From Bacilli bacterium (GTDB taxonomy: Bacteria > Bacillota_I > Bacilli_A > RF39 > UBA660): DNA of 64,000 nt. The notes below the pieces were generated by a model. The model did not search any database. It was not told the origin of the DNA and saw only the letters and a list, made by a program, of their open reading frames with translations. The stretch is from NCBI GenBank assembly GCA_030602345.1, contig JAUVZX010000001.1, forward strand, positions 131,251-195,250, in the 5' to 3' direction. The position numbers and the translations under genes are program-made. This document shows positions 36,217 through 46,404 of the stretch, piece by piece. Every line of letters begins with the position of its first letter. Positions within the stretch are counted from its first letter, which is position 1.

Positions 36217-37120
36217 CTAATCCTGATATTCCATTTCTAATAACTTGTGCAGACTTTCTAAATTTTTCTTTTTCCTCTTCTGTTAAATTAAGTTGTAATA
36301 CTTCTTTAACTCCTTCTTTACCAACTATACTTGGCATACCAATATATAGTTGTTCTACTTCATCATATGCTGAAACAGTCAAAATACTATTTTCATCATC
36401 TAAAATAGCGTTTGTAATTCTAACCATAACCATTCCAATTGCATAGTAAGTAGCACTTTTTCTTTTAATAATTTCATAAGCAGCATTCTTGACAATTAAA
36501 GCTATTTCTTCTTTATCCTTATCACTTATATGATCATTTAATTTATTACTGCCCATATAAGCATTAGACCATGCTACAAACTCAGAATCACCATGTTCTC
36601 CCATGACATAAGCATGAACATTTTTAGAATTGATTCCCAATTTATCACCAATTAAATATCTAAGTCTTGCTGTATCTAAAGTTGTTCCTGTTCCTATAAC
36701 TTTATGCTTAGGAAAATTAGAATGTTTTAAAGTTACATAAGTCATAATATCAACCGGATTAGTTGCAATTAAGAATATTCCATCAAAACCCGAATCCACT
36801 ACTTTAGTTACAATATTTTTAAATATACGATCATTTTTTTGAAGTAAATCTAACCTTGTTTCACCTACGGCTTGATTAGCTCCTGCTGAAATAACTACTA
36901 AAGCAGCATCAGCACAATCTTCATAAGAACCTGCTTTTATTTTTATTTTAGATGGTGAAAATGGCATACCATGATTTAAATCCATTGCTTCTCCAACGGT
37001 TTTTTCACTATTTAAATCAATTAAAACGATTTCATTAACTTTGGTCTTTTGATTTAACAAAGCATAAGCATAGCTCATGCCTACATTGCCACATCCTATT
37101 AAAACTACTTTATTATTCAT
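36188..37120 (-). CDS. ldh: L-lactate dehydrogenase
   Basis: Rossmann VVLIGCGNVGMSYAY, substrate loop …GANQAVGETRLDL…, catalytic …GEHGDSEF…. Confidence 0.9.
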   Translation of the reverse strand: MNNKVVLIGCGNVGMSYAYALLNQKTKVNEIVLIDLNSEKTVGEAMDLNHGMPFSPSKIKIKAGSYEDCADAALVVISAGANQAVGETRLDLLQKNDRIFKNIVTKVVDSGFDGIFLIATNPVDIMTYVTLKHSNFPKHKVIGTGTTLDTARLRYLIGDKLGINSKNVHAYVMGEHGDSEFVAWSNAYMGSNKLNDHISDKDKEEIALIVKNAAYEIIKRKSATYYAIGMVMVRITNAILDDENSILTVSAYDEVEQLYIGMPSIVGKEGVKEVLQLNLTEEEKEKFRKSAQVIRNGISGLDVEQFTKKV

Positions 37121-37401
37121 AGTATTTCCTCCACTTCTTTTTCAATATTATGTTTTTTTGCTAATTTTTTTAATTTATCATTTCTAGAACTAATTTTTAA
37201 CTTAGTCTCTAAATCCTCTAATTTATCAGTAGTATCTTTGATTGATTTAAAAACAGCATTTCTACTGACACTATAAATTTCTCCAATCTCTTGAAACGTT
37301 AAATTGTTGAAATAATATTCTTCAAAATAAGTTTTAGCTAAAGGAGTTAATATTTCTCCATATATATCATATAACGCTATTATTTTTAATTTTTCTTCCA
37401 T
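37117..37401 (-). CDS. ylxM: YlxM/UPF0122 putative DNA-binding protein (ffh-associated)
   Basis: 94 aa HTH-like protein (…LTFQEIGEIYSVSRNAVFKSIK…) in the Firmicute ftsY-ylxM-ffh context. Confidence 0.75.
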   Translation of the reverse strand: MEEKLKIIALYDIYGEILTPLAKTYFEEYYFNNLTFQEIGEIYSVSRNAVFKSIKDTTDKLEDLETKLKISSRNDKLKKLAKKHNIEKEVEEIL

Positions 37402-37637
37402 TAAATAACTCCAAATAATTCTAAAATAATTAATATAGCTAACGCTACTGCAAATGATAAGAAAATATACGCTTTTGTATTTTTATTATCTATCTTATAG
37501 TTATAACTACTCACTAATAATGTCGCAATTAAAAATAAATTTGCCACCATATAAAAAGCATTATTAAAAGCTGCTACTATAAGTGCAATCGCACTCACTA
37601 CCGTTAATCCCAATTGTAATAAAAGTGTTTTTTTCAT
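37401..37637 (-). CDS. Small membrane protein, hypothetical
   Basis: 78 aa with two predicted TM helices. Confidence 0.35.
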   Translation of the reverse strand: MKKTLLLQLGLTVVSAIALIVAAFNNAFYMVANLFLIATLLVSSYNYKIDNKNTKAYIFLSFAVALAILIILELFGVI

Positions 37638-37638
37638 A

Positions 37639-38484
37639 TTATTCCTCCATCATATTATCAACATAAGCGTTTAGATCAAATGCCCTTAAATCTTCTTTAT
37701 CTTCACCTAGACCAATCAACTTAGGGAATAAATTTACTTTTTCTTTGATAGAAAAAATAATTCCTCCCTTAGCAGTACCATCTAACTTAGTCATCACTAT
37801 TCCTGTTAATTTAACTACTTCATTAAAGTATTCTGCTTGAAATAAAGCATTTTGACCTTGAGTAGCATCTATTACTAATAGTGTTTCTTCTGGATATTTA
37901 TTTAAAACTTTATAAATAGTACGATTCATCTTATCCATTTCTTGCATAAGCGGTTCTTTATTTTGAAGTCTTCCTGCGGTGTCGATGAAAACTAATTCAA
38001 AGTTATTGCTTTTAGCGTATTCTAATCCTTCATATATAACAGCAGAAGGATCAGACACATCTTTAGCAAAAACTTCTATATTAAGCTCTTCTCCCCATTT
38101 TTTAAGTTGTTCTTTAGCACCTGCCCTAAATGTATCTGCAGCAATTAATAAAGTCTTTTTATGGGAATATTGATTAGCCAATTTAGCAATAGTTGTAGTT
38201 TTACCAACTCCATTTATTCCAACAAAAAGATATACCGTTAAGCCTTCACTAAAGTTCAATCGATTATGATAAGGATCATAATCTTTATATAAATATTTAA
38301 TTGAATCTTTTAAATTTAATTTATTTTTTTTCATAACACTAATTATTTTATTAGTTACTTCATATGAAACATCAAAACTAATTAAAGACTCTTCTAAATT
38401 TTCATAATAATCTTCACTAGAATCTAACTTTACTTTAAAGAAATCTTTAGCTTTAGATAAGCCTTTTTTATAAGCTTCAAACAT
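37639..38484 (-). CDS. ftsY: Signal recognition particle receptor FtsY (short form)
   Basis: NG domain only (GINGVGKTTTIAKLA, DTAGR, TKLDGTAKGG), with no acidic A-domain. Confidence 0.85.
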   Translation of the reverse strand: MFEAYKKGLSKAKDFFKVKLDSSEDYYENLEESLISFDVSYEVTNKIISVMKKNKLNLKDSIKYLYKDYDPYHNRLNFSEGLTVYLFVGINGVGKTTTIAKLANQYSHKKTLLIAADTFRAGAKEQLKKWGEELNIEVFAKDVSDPSAVIYEGLEYAKSNNFELVFIDTAGRLQNKEPLMQEMDKMNRTIYKVLNKYPEETLLVIDATQGQNALFQAEYFNEVVKLTGIVMTKLDGTAKGGIIFSIKEKVNLFPKLIGLGEDKEDLRAFDLNAYVDNMMEE

Positions 38485-40289
38485 TATAATTCTCCTTTTA
38501 TTTTTGAATAAAAATCTTTTTCTAATATTAATTTAGATATATTAAAATCATTTTCGATTCTAATTTTAATATCTTCATCTATTATATCATTATTAAGACT
38601 ATTATACCTAGTATTAGGAGTAATATAACTACGATTGGCAAATATAACTAAAGGATCTTCTACACTTAAAATATCAGTACCAATTAACAATCTCGAATCA
38701 TATTCTACTCCAAATAAATTTAACATAGTAGGTAAAATATCGATTGAAGAAGCTAAGGTTTTATTCTCTTCTTTTATATAAGGATTATATATCATAAAAA
38801 TATTTTTATGCATTTCAAAATATTTATCTTTTTCATAGCTAGATAATTCATTTATCTCATCTAAGGTAAGACCATATGGATAATGATCACTACTTAAAAT
38901 AATAATAGTGTCATCTAATTTATTAGCTTCTTTTAAAGAATCAATTAAATATCCAATCGCCTTATCTAATTCTATATTTGCCGCTAAATAGCCTTTAGCT
39001 CTTTCTGACAAACTCAAATCTTTCACTAAAGGATAGTTTTGCCTCACGATTGAATTACCTGAAGTTGTATAATTTAAATGCCCTGAGACTGTTATATAAT
39101 AAGTCATAAACTTATCATCATTAATATAATCACCAACAGAAGCTTGCATCATCTCTAAATCCGAAGCAGGCCATCTATTACAATTGATATCAAGTAAATT
39201 ATAATAGCGACAAGCCTTATAAGAATCATAGCCTAAAGCATCAATAAATAGATGTCGATCATAATATTTACCTGAATGATTATGGTAAGCAAATGTATTA
39301 TAATCTTTATCTTTAAATATATTTGCATAACTAAAGGGTAAATAATTTTTGTTTATATCTTTGATACTGAAAGTTCCTTCTTTTGGATATAATGATAATT
39401 TAGACATATATTCTCCATCCGCAGTACTAACAGGATACAAAGGAGTATAAAAGTTAGTAAAAACTAAACTATTATCATAAAAATGCTTTAAATTTGGAGT
39501 TACTTCGCTAATTGCATATTCCGTAAATGACTCTGCTATAATAACTATTAAATTTTTACCTTCAAAAAGACCAGTATATTCATTTTTTAAAGAAGGGGTC
39601 TTATTTTTAAAGTAGTTATACATCATAATTAAATCAGCATCTGTTTCTTCTTCGATTAATTTATCAAAATCAATTTCCAAAACATTATAATCTTTCTCTA
39701 AATCTATTTCATTATCATCGATAACTAACTCTATTTTCAAAGGAAATAATTGATTTCTAAAGCTAATGATATAGTGATGCAATAATCCATAGTTTTTAAC
39801 CATTTCAATTGAAGAAATATTTTTAAAATAATTAGTAGACATAAAAGAAGTAATAACTAATATAACTAAAAATATTAAAGAATATTTAAGTTTAAAACTG
39901 TTCTTAAAATAATTGTATTTATTTAAAATAATATATACAACAAAAGGAATAATCATTAATAATATTATCAATAAATTATTCTTAATAACTAATACTATTT
40001 GATCAAAAAATTCTAAGACTTGAGCACCTTCTTTAGCATTATTAAAACTAAAAAATGAAGCATATACTTTATAATAAATAAAATTACTTAAATATAGTAA
40101 TAAAGTAAATAATGATAACCCATAAAATAATAGTTTCTTTTTATAAAGCAACATTAAAAATGCAGCATATACTAATGAAAAAAAGACAGCAAAAAGAAAG
40201 TTAAAACTCTTTACAGTAAATAAAGAAAAAATAACTTCTAAGAAAGTTAAACTAAATACTAAATATATATATAATTCTATCTTCTTCAT
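38484..40289 (-). CDS. LTA synthase family protein (LtaS-like sulfatase-fold membrane protein)
   Basis: Five N-terminal TM helices and an extracellular sulfatase/alkaline-phosphatase-like domain. 601 aa. Confidence 0.7.
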   Translation of the reverse strand: MKKIELYIYLVFSLTFLEVIFSLFTVKSFNFLFAVFFSLVYAAFLMLLYKKKLLFYGLSLFTLLLYLSNFIYYKVYASFFSFNNAKEGAQVLEFFDQIVLVIKNNLLIILLMIIPFVVYIILNKYNYFKNSFKLKYSLIFLVILVITSFMSTNYFKNISSIEMVKNYGLLHHYIISFRNQLFPLKIELVIDDNEIDLEKDYNVLEIDFDKLIEEETDADLIMMYNYFKNKTPSLKNEYTGLFEGKNLIVIIAESFTEYAISEVTPNLKHFYDNSLVFTNFYTPLYPVSTADGEYMSKLSLYPKEGTFSIKDINKNYLPFSYANIFKDKDYNTFAYHNHSGKYYDRHLFIDALGYDSYKACRYYNLLDINCNRWPASDLEMMQASVGDYINDDKFMTYYITVSGHLNYTTSGNSIVRQNYPLVKDLSLSERAKGYLAANIELDKAIGYLIDSLKEANKLDDTIIILSSDHYPYGLTLDEINELSSYEKDKYFEMHKNIFMIYNPYIKEENKTLASSIDILPTMLNLFGVEYDSRLLIGTDILSVEDPLVIFANRSYITPNTRYNSLNNDIIDEDIKIRIENDFNISKLILEKDFYSKIKGEL

Positions 40290-40392
40290 ACTTCTATTTT
40301 ATAATAAAGGAACCTTGATTACTAGACAAAGTCATAAAAAAAGTATATAATTAGTTAGTTGATTTTATATATTAAAAAAAGAAAGGAGAAAT

Positions 40393-42060
40393 ATGAAATT
40401 TTTACAAAACGAAGATACTAGAGTTTTTGCTCTAGGAGGACTCGGAGAAGTTGGCAAGAACATGTATTGTGTAATGCACGGGGAAGAATTAATTATTACA
40501 GATGCAGGTGTCAGCTTTCCAGAGAGTGACTTATTAGGAGTAGACTATGTACTACCTGATTTTTCATTCTTAAAAAAACACGAAAGCAAAATAAAAGCTT
40601 TAATTATAACTCATGGTCATGAAGACCACATTGGAGGAATACCATTTTTATTACAAATGGTTAATATCCCTGTTATTTATACTCCAAATCAAGCATTAGG
40701 TTTAATAAAGAAAAAAATAACGGAAAGACAAATCCCTTATAAAAACTTTATTGTCTATAATGAAGACACTAAAATTAAATTTAAGAACATGGAAGTTGAA
40801 TTTTTCATGACAACCCACTCGATTCCTGATGCCCATGGTGTAGCAATCACTACGCCTAATGGACTTATTGTTTCATCTGGAGACTTCAAATTTGATTTAA
40901 CCCCAATTGGACAAATGGCTAATTTACATAAAATGGCTGAATTAGGACAAAGAGGAGTTACCCTATTAATGAGTGACTCAACTAATGCCTTAAATGAAGG
41001 AATGAGTACTAGTGAATCAAAAGTAGACAGTGCTTTACAAGAAATATTTGCTAAAGAAAAAGGTCGAATTATTATTGCAACATTCGCTTCTAATATTTAT
41101 CGTCTTAAACATATTATTGATACTGCTAAGAAAAACAATCGTAAAATAGCAGTATTCGGAAGAAGTATGGTTAATAACTTAGAAATATCTTTCCAAGGAG
41201 GATATATAAGTCATAAAGACATTATTATAACTGCTGAAGAAGCTAATAAATTACCAGATCATGAAGTATGTTTACTATGTACTGGTAGCCAAGGAGAACC
41301 ATTAGCAGCCTTATCAAGAATTGCTGAAGGAGTACACCGTCAAATCAAATTACAAAAAAATGATACGGTTATATTCTCATCTTCACCAATTCCAGGAAAC
41401 GCTTTAAGCATTTCAAAAACAATTAACAAACTATACATAAAAGGGGTAAAAGTATATACTAACACTTTATTAAGTGATATTCATACCTCAGGACATGCAA
41501 GCCAAGAAGAATTAAAATTGATGTTAAGATTAATGAAACCAAAATTCTTTATGCCTTTCCATGGAACATATAGAATGTTACAACAACATGCTAAATTAGC
41601 TCAAGAATGTGGACTTCCAAAAGAAAACACCTTTGCTCTAAGCAATGGTGACATGCTTTCTGTATACAAAGGCGAAGTTAAACAAGTTCCAGGATTTATA
41701 GCACAAGCTATATATGTCGATGGAAGTAAGATTGGTGATGTTGGAGCAAGCGTTATTAAAGATCGTCAAACGATGGCTAATGATGGAATTGTTATAACTA
41801 TCTTAAATATTGATGCTAAAAATAAAAAATTATTACTAAAACCAACGATCATTTCAAGAGGATTTGTTTTAGTTAATGAAAACGAAGCGTTAATGAGAGA
41901 ATTAGAAACAATCGCTTTTAATGCAACTAATAAAAAATTAAATGATGTAATTAGTTTTCATGATATAAAACATGAAGTTTCAAATCAACTAGCTAATTAT
42001 ATATATGAAAAAACTGGAAGAAAACCAATTGTTCTACCAGTTATAATGGATATTAAATAA
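40393..42060 (+). CDS. rnj: Ribonuclease J
   Basis: Metallo-beta-lactamase HxHxDH (ITHGHEDHIGG), a beta-CASP domain and a C-terminal domain. 555 aa. Confidence 0.9.
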   Translation: MKFLQNEDTRVFALGGLGEVGKNMYCVMHGEELIITDAGVSFPESDLLGVDYVLPDFSFLKKHESKIKALIITHGHEDHIGGIPFLLQMVNIPVIYTPNQALGLIKKKITERQIPYKNFIVYNEDTKIKFKNMEVEFFMTTHSIPDAHGVAITTPNGLIVSSGDFKFDLTPIGQMANLHKMAELGQRGVTLLMSDSTNALNEGMSTSESKVDSALQEIFAKEKGRIIIATFASNIYRLKHIIDTAKKNNRKIAVFGRSMVNNLEISFQGGYISHKDIIITAEEANKLPDHEVCLLCTGSQGEPLAALSRIAEGVHRQIKLQKNDTVIFSSSPIPGNALSISKTINKLYIKGVKVYTNTLLSDIHTSGHASQEELKLMLRLMKPKFFMPFHGTYRMLQQHAKLAQECGLPKENTFALSNGDMLSVYKGEVKQVPGFIAQAIYVDGSKIGDVGASVIKDRQTMANDGIVITILNIDAKNKKLLLKPTIISRGFVLVNENEALMRELETIAFNATNKKLNDVISFHDIKHEVSNQLANYIYEKTGRKPIVLPVIMDIK

Positions 42061-42069
42061 TATCCTTTT

Positions 42070-42378
42070 TTATTGCAAATCTTTAATTTGTCTCTTAATT
42101 TTAGAAGAATGTCTACCTAGAATAATCTTAGCTTGATTATCAATCATAACAATTCCTAAAGCTCCCAATTTTAATATTGAATCTTTAGCAACTAAGTTAG
42201 TATCTTTCAAAGTAACTATAAACCTTTCATCAGAAAATTCATAACTAACAATATTTTCTTTACCACCAAGACAAGTAATTAATTTATTAGCCTCTAATTT
42301 AAAATCTTTTTCCTTACTTCTTAAAATCATATATGCTACAAAAAGTAATACTACAAATATTATTATATATTGTCCCAT
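42070..42378 (-). CDS. Membrane-anchored PTS EIIB-like domain protein (no catalytic Cys apparent)
   Basis: N-terminal TM helix plus …LITCLGGKENIVSYEF… resembling an EIIB(Glc) fold, but lacking the CxTRLR motif. Confidence 0.35.
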   Translation of the reverse strand: MGQYIIIFVVLLFVAYMILRSKEKDFKLEANKLITCLGGKENIVSYEFSDERFIVTLKDTNLVAKDSILKLGALGIVMIDNQAKIILGRHSSKIKRQIKDLQ

Positions 42379-42437
42379 TTTCTCATCTCCTATACCATTA
42401 TACTATATTTTATTATATAATTAAAGAAGGTGATATT

Positions 42438-43562
42438 ATGAAAAACATTTCTAAATATAAAGTTCATACATCATTATTAGTAACTATTATATTATTTGCA
42501 ATAATATCTGTTATAACCATATACTCTGCATCATTACTAATCAATGATCAAACTCTATATATAAAACAAATAATCTGGTATATAATTGGATTTGTTTTAG
42601 CATATATTATTATGACAATTGGAAATAAATATATATATAATCATGCATTTATCCTATACTTTATGGGAATACTAGCACTCATCTTTATCCTTTTATTCGC
42701 ACCACCAATAAACAATATTAGAAGCTGGTTTGTACTCCCAGGAATAGGAACTATTCAACCAAGTGAATTCATGAAAATAGTATTAATTATTGTTTTAGCA
42801 AGAGTCATCAATGAATTTCACGAAAATAATAGTAACCCGGATACTAAAGATGAATTCAAACTAATCTTAAAAGTAGTAGGACTAACATTCATACCAAGCA
42901 TATTAACCTTCTTACAACCAGATACAGGAGTAGTGTTAATTTATTTAATTATTATGACAACCATGCTATTTATAAGTGGTATAAAATACCAATGGTTCTT
43001 AGTTTTTGGAGGAGCCTTCTTATTAATAGTAGGACTCGTTTTAGGAGTTTATTTTACAAGTGATGATTTATTCATAAAAATGTTTGGAACAGACTTCTTC
43101 TTAAGAGTAGATCGACTATTAGACTGGTCAAATCAAAGTGGATTCCAATTAGAAAATGGAATGACTGCAATTGCTTCTGGAGGATTATTTGGACATGGAT
43201 GGACTAAAACTCCTATATATTTTCCAGAACCTCAAACAGACTTTATATTCGCTGTATTTGGCAGCAACTTTGGATTAATTGGATCATTAGGACTATTATC
43301 TTTAATTGCTTTCTTTGACTTAAAATTAATATCATTAGTTGAAAAAACAAATTATAATATTGATAAATTTGTAATAAGCGGTATTATTGGAATGTTAATC
43401 TATCAACAAGTCCAAAACATTGGAATGACTATTGGATTACTACCAATCACTGGAATTACCCTTCCGTTTATTAGTTATGGTGGAAGTTCCCTACTAAGTT
43501 ATATGATCATGCTAGGAATACTATTTAATATTTCTAATGCTCATTTACGCTACACTAACTAA
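42438..43562 (+). CDS. FtsW/RodA/SpoVE family peptidoglycan glycosyltransferase
   Basis: The start was placed at MKNISKYKV (RBS AAGGTGA). 10-TM SEDS protein with …GIGTIQPSEFMKI…, …FIFAVFG…, …LPFISYGGSSLL…. Confidence 0.8.
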   Translation: MKNISKYKVHTSLLVTIILFAIISVITIYSASLLINDQTLYIKQIIWYIIGFVLAYIIMTIGNKYIYNHAFILYFMGILALIFILLFAPPINNIRSWFVLPGIGTIQPSEFMKIVLIIVLARVINEFHENNSNPDTKDEFKLILKVVGLTFIPSILTFLQPDTGVVLIYLIIMTTMLFISGIKYQWFLVFGGAFLLIVGLVLGVYFTSDDLFIKMFGTDFFLRVDRLLDWSNQSGFQLENGMTAIASGGLFGHGWTKTPIYFPEPQTDFIFAVFGSNFGLIGSLGLLSLIAFFDLKLISLVEKTNYNIDKFVISGIIGMLIYQQVQNIGMTIGLLPITGITLPFISYGGSSLLSYMIMLGILFNISNAHLRYTN

Positions 43563-43563
43563 G

Positions 43564-43592
43564 TTGATATATAAATTATTTAATGCTATAAT
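43564..43592 (+). promoter_or_regulatory. SigA-type promoter of ssrA
   Basis: TTGATA, 17 nt spacer, TATAAT, ending 9 nt before the tmRNA 5' GGGG. Confidence 0.55.
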
Positions 43593-43601
43593 ATCGACTA
43601 T

Positions 43602-43942
43602 GGGGATGTCACGGTTTCGACGAATCTCTCGAATATTAGATGGCAAGTCGTGAGGATTGCGTTAAGTCCAAAATAAAATTAAGTGGAAACACATATAATT
43701 TAGCATTCGCTTAAAAAAATAACGATGCTGCTTTCCTCTTTCCATCCTACGGGAAAGAAAGAAGGCTCGAATTAGTAGGATATACTTATATAGGTGCTTA
43801 ACTATATAAAAGAACAAATAAAGCTCACTAATTGTTAGATTTTCAATTATCTTTAGATTAGGACATTAATTAATTGAATAAGCTTGTAGATATCTAAGGT
43901 TTGAATTTTCGGACAGGAGTTCAATTCTCCTCATCTCCACCA
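43602..43942 (+). ncRNA. ssrA: tmRNA (SsrA)
   Basis: The 5' end GGGGATGTCACGGTTTCGACG pairs with the 3' end …GGACAGGAGTTCAATTCTCCTCATCTCCACCA (tRNA-Ala-like acceptor/T-arm with CCA). The internal tag reading frame ends …GNTYNLAFA followed by TAA. Confidence 0.9.
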
Positions 43943-43952
43943 TAAGAAACTT

Positions 43953-43977
43953 AACTCGAGTAATCGAGTTTTTTTAT
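43953..43977 (+). terminator. Intrinsic terminator of ssrA
   Basis: aactcg-agtaat-cgagtt hairpin followed by a T8 run. Confidence 0.6.
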
Positions 43978-44025
43978 TTATTGACAAAAATAGTATATTT
44001 AATTAAAATTATACTAGGTGATAAT

Positions 44026-44442
44026 ATGAAAAATTCAATTCCAAGACCTTTAGTAAGAGCTAATCAAATAACGATTGTTATATCTGTATTAGCATATTTT
44101 TTAACAGAAATTAATTTATTTTTATTAATTCCCCTTTCGTTTGGATTGTTTTCTTTAATATTTGGTTTTAATCCAATTATGGAATTAGTAAAATTATTTT
44201 TACCAAAACCTTATAGTAAATATGTTCCTGAAGATAAGGAAGAACAAAAATTCAATCAAACCTTAGCAGTTATAATGCTATCTATATCGTTTATAGCTAG
44301 TTTGTTTGAGTTAGTATTTATTAGTTACTTATTTGCTATATTTGTCTTTTTAGCAGCTTTTATAGCAATCCTAGGATTTTGTATAGGATGTTATATTCAT
44401 TTCCAAATTAGTCAATTTAAGTATAAAAAAAATAGAAAGTAA
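44026..44442 (+). CDS. Hypothetical polytopic membrane protein
   Basis: The start was placed at MKNSIPRPL. ~4 TM helices. Confidence 0.4.
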   Translation: MKNSIPRPLVRANQITIVISVLAYFLTEINLFLLIPLSFGLFSLIFGFNPIMELVKLFLPKPYSKYVPEDKEEQKFNQTLAVIMLSISFIASLFELVFISYLFAIFVFLAAFIAILGFCIGCYIHFQISQFKYKKNRK

Positions 44443-44453
44443 TTTCTATTTTT

Positions 44454-45683
44454 TTATTCTATAATAAAACTGACACCATCTTTTTCATTTTTAACTTTAA
44501 TATCATAATTTAACAAATTAACTGTCTTTTTAACAATTGCAAGACCTAATCCAAAATTACCCAAATTACCTTTTTCAAATGGTAAAAACATCACTTCTAT
44601 AAATGATTCATCTATTTGAGGACCATCATTTTTAAAAGTTATTTTATTATCTTTAATAATTATTTCTATTTTTCTTTCAGCATATCTTAGAAAATTATCT
44701 AAAATATTAGATACAACAGCATCCCACAGTTCTTCATTACCATTAAATAATGAATCATCCATTTTTAAAATAAATTCTAATTCATCATCCATGATTTCAA
44801 ATTTAGGAATAGCTTTTAAAATTAAATCTTTTAATTTAATCTTATCTTCTTTAAATTCTAAATTACTCAATTTATTTAAATACAATAAAGAGGTTACTTT
44901 AGTATTCAATTTTTCTATTTGCTCATCAATTACTTCTAGAGCCTTATTAGTATCTATTATTTCATCTTTTAAAGCTTCTGAATGAGACTTAATAATAGCA
45001 ATTGGAGTTTTTAAGTCATGAGATATATTTTGAAACATCTCATTTTTTTCTTTATCATTATTAATAATTCTTCTTCTTAAAACTTCAATTGAATCTTCTA
45101 AAATACTTATTTCATCGGTAATTAAAACTTTATTATCCGTAATTGGTTCTTTTTCCAAATTATCAATCCTATTTTTAAGACGATATACCTTTTTAATAAG
45201 GTCATCTGACCAGACATATATAATTGCTGTCATCCCTATAAAAGACGCAACAGTTAGTATTAAAATAGTGTTTATTGAGCTTAATATTACTTGAGTAAAT
45301 GGCTCTCCTCCGGTTAATAAAATTTTTGTATATTCATCATTAATATAAATGGAATAATAATATACTCGATTACCAATCTCTAATTTACCTGTGCTGTCAC
45401 GTATTTGTTCTAAAAAAACATATGGATTTAAATCAGTAAATTCATAATAATTAGTAGATATTTGAATTAATCGATCATCTTTTAAAACCAAATAAGAAAT
45501 ATCTTCTAATTCTTCAAACTTATCTTCATCAATAAACTTCTCTGATTGATTTAAATAAAAATAAACATTTCTCTCATAAAGGGGATAAAGTAAATTAGGA
45601 AGTATTATCAATAATACGGTTCCTATAATTAAACCATTTAAAATCATTATTACTAATAGTTTTTGCCTCAAAGTACTTTTCAT
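44454..45683 (-). CDS. Sensor histidine kinase
   Basis: Two TM helices flank an extracellular loop. HisKA H-box (ISHDLKTPIA) and a HATPase_c domain. Confidence 0.8.
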   Translation of the reverse strand: MKSTLRQKLLVIMILNGLIIGTVLLIILPNLLYPLYERNVYFYLNQSEKFIDEDKFEELEDISYLVLKDDRLIQISTNYYEFTDLNPYVFLEQIRDSTGKLEIGNRVYYYSIYINDEYTKILLTGGEPFTQVILSSINTILILTVASFIGMTAIIYVWSDDLIKKVYRLKNRIDNLEKEPITDNKVLITDEISILEDSIEVLRRRIINNDKEKNEMFQNISHDLKTPIAIIKSHSEALKDEIIDTNKALEVIDEQIEKLNTKVTSLLYLNKLSNLEFKEDKIKLKDLILKAIPKFEIMDDELEFILKMDDSLFNGNEELWDAVVSNILDNFLRYAERKIEIIIKDNKITFKNDGPQIDESFIEVMFLPFEKGNLGNFGLGLAIVKKTVNLLNYDIKVKNEKDGVSFIIE

Positions 45684-46336
45684 AAAAGGCGATACCCATA
45701 TCCATAGATAGTTTCTAAATTCAAATCAGGCATTTTCTTTCTTAATCTTCTAACTAAATCATCAACTGCTCGATCAGAACCAAAATAATCTTGACCCCAA
45801 ACTTTTTCTAAAATAGTATCTCTAGAAAGAGTAATATTTTGATTTAATAGTAATAATTCTAATAAATTAAATTCAATCGTTGTTAATTTAATACTCTTAT
45901 CGTCTTTAACAACACTTCTTTGATTTAAATTCACTAAATATTTTTCATAAGATAATTTATTTAAATCTTTAAAGTATGTTCTGTTAATAATACGATTGAC
46001 TCTTAAAACTAATTCTTTCATCGAATAAGGCTTGATTAAATAATCGTCTCCCCCCATCTCTAAACCTAATATTTTATCAATATCTTTATCTCTAGCAGAC
46101 GTGAAAATAACAGGAATCATCCCATTTTTTTCCCTGATTGATTTAATTACATCATAACCACTGACATCATCCTTAAGCATAATATCTAATATCCACAAAT
46201 TAACTTCATCATCTATATGATCAATTGCTTCTTTACCTGTAGTAAATATTTTAGTCTCATATCCTTCTTTTTGTAAATAAGAAGATAATAAATTAGCTAA
46301 ATCTATTTCATCTTCAACGATATATATTTTATACAT
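45680..46336 (-). CDS. OmpR-family response regulator
   Basis: Receiver domain (…LWILDIMLKD…) plus a winged-helix DNA-binding domain (…YGYGYRL). It overlaps the kinase gene by 4 nt. Confidence 0.9.
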   Translation of the reverse strand: MYKIYIVEDEIDLANLLSSYLQKEGYETKIFTTGKEAIDHIDDEVNLWILDIMLKDDVSGYDVIKSIREKNGMIPVIFTSARDKDIDKILGLEMGGDDYLIKPYSMKELVLRVNRIINRTYFKDLNKLSYEKYLVNLNQRSVVKDDKSIKLTTIEFNLLELLLLNQNITLSRDTILEKVWGQDYFGSDRAVDDLVRRLRKKMPDLNLETIYGYGYRLL

Positions 46337-46354
46337 AAATCACTTCCTATTCTT

Positions 46355-46404
46355 ATTATAACATTTCATAAATAAAATAGACAAAATAGTCACCTATTTT
46401 GTCT
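46355..46404 (-). promoter_or_regulatory. Extended -10 promoter (TGTTATAAT) of the two-component operon with upstream 10-bp perfect palindrome
   Basis: Minus strand …agacaaaata ggtgac tattttgtct… (palindrome 46379-46404), then TGTTATAAT (46355-46363), then RBS AGGAAG and ATG. Confidence 0.4.

Noticed and set aside
42333-42437. Upstream start MLQKVILQ… for the FtsW/RodA gene
   Set aside because: The region overlaps the convergent small gene's 5' end and lacks an RBS. The Met at 42438 has AAGGTGA upstream and begins the conserved SEDS N-terminus.
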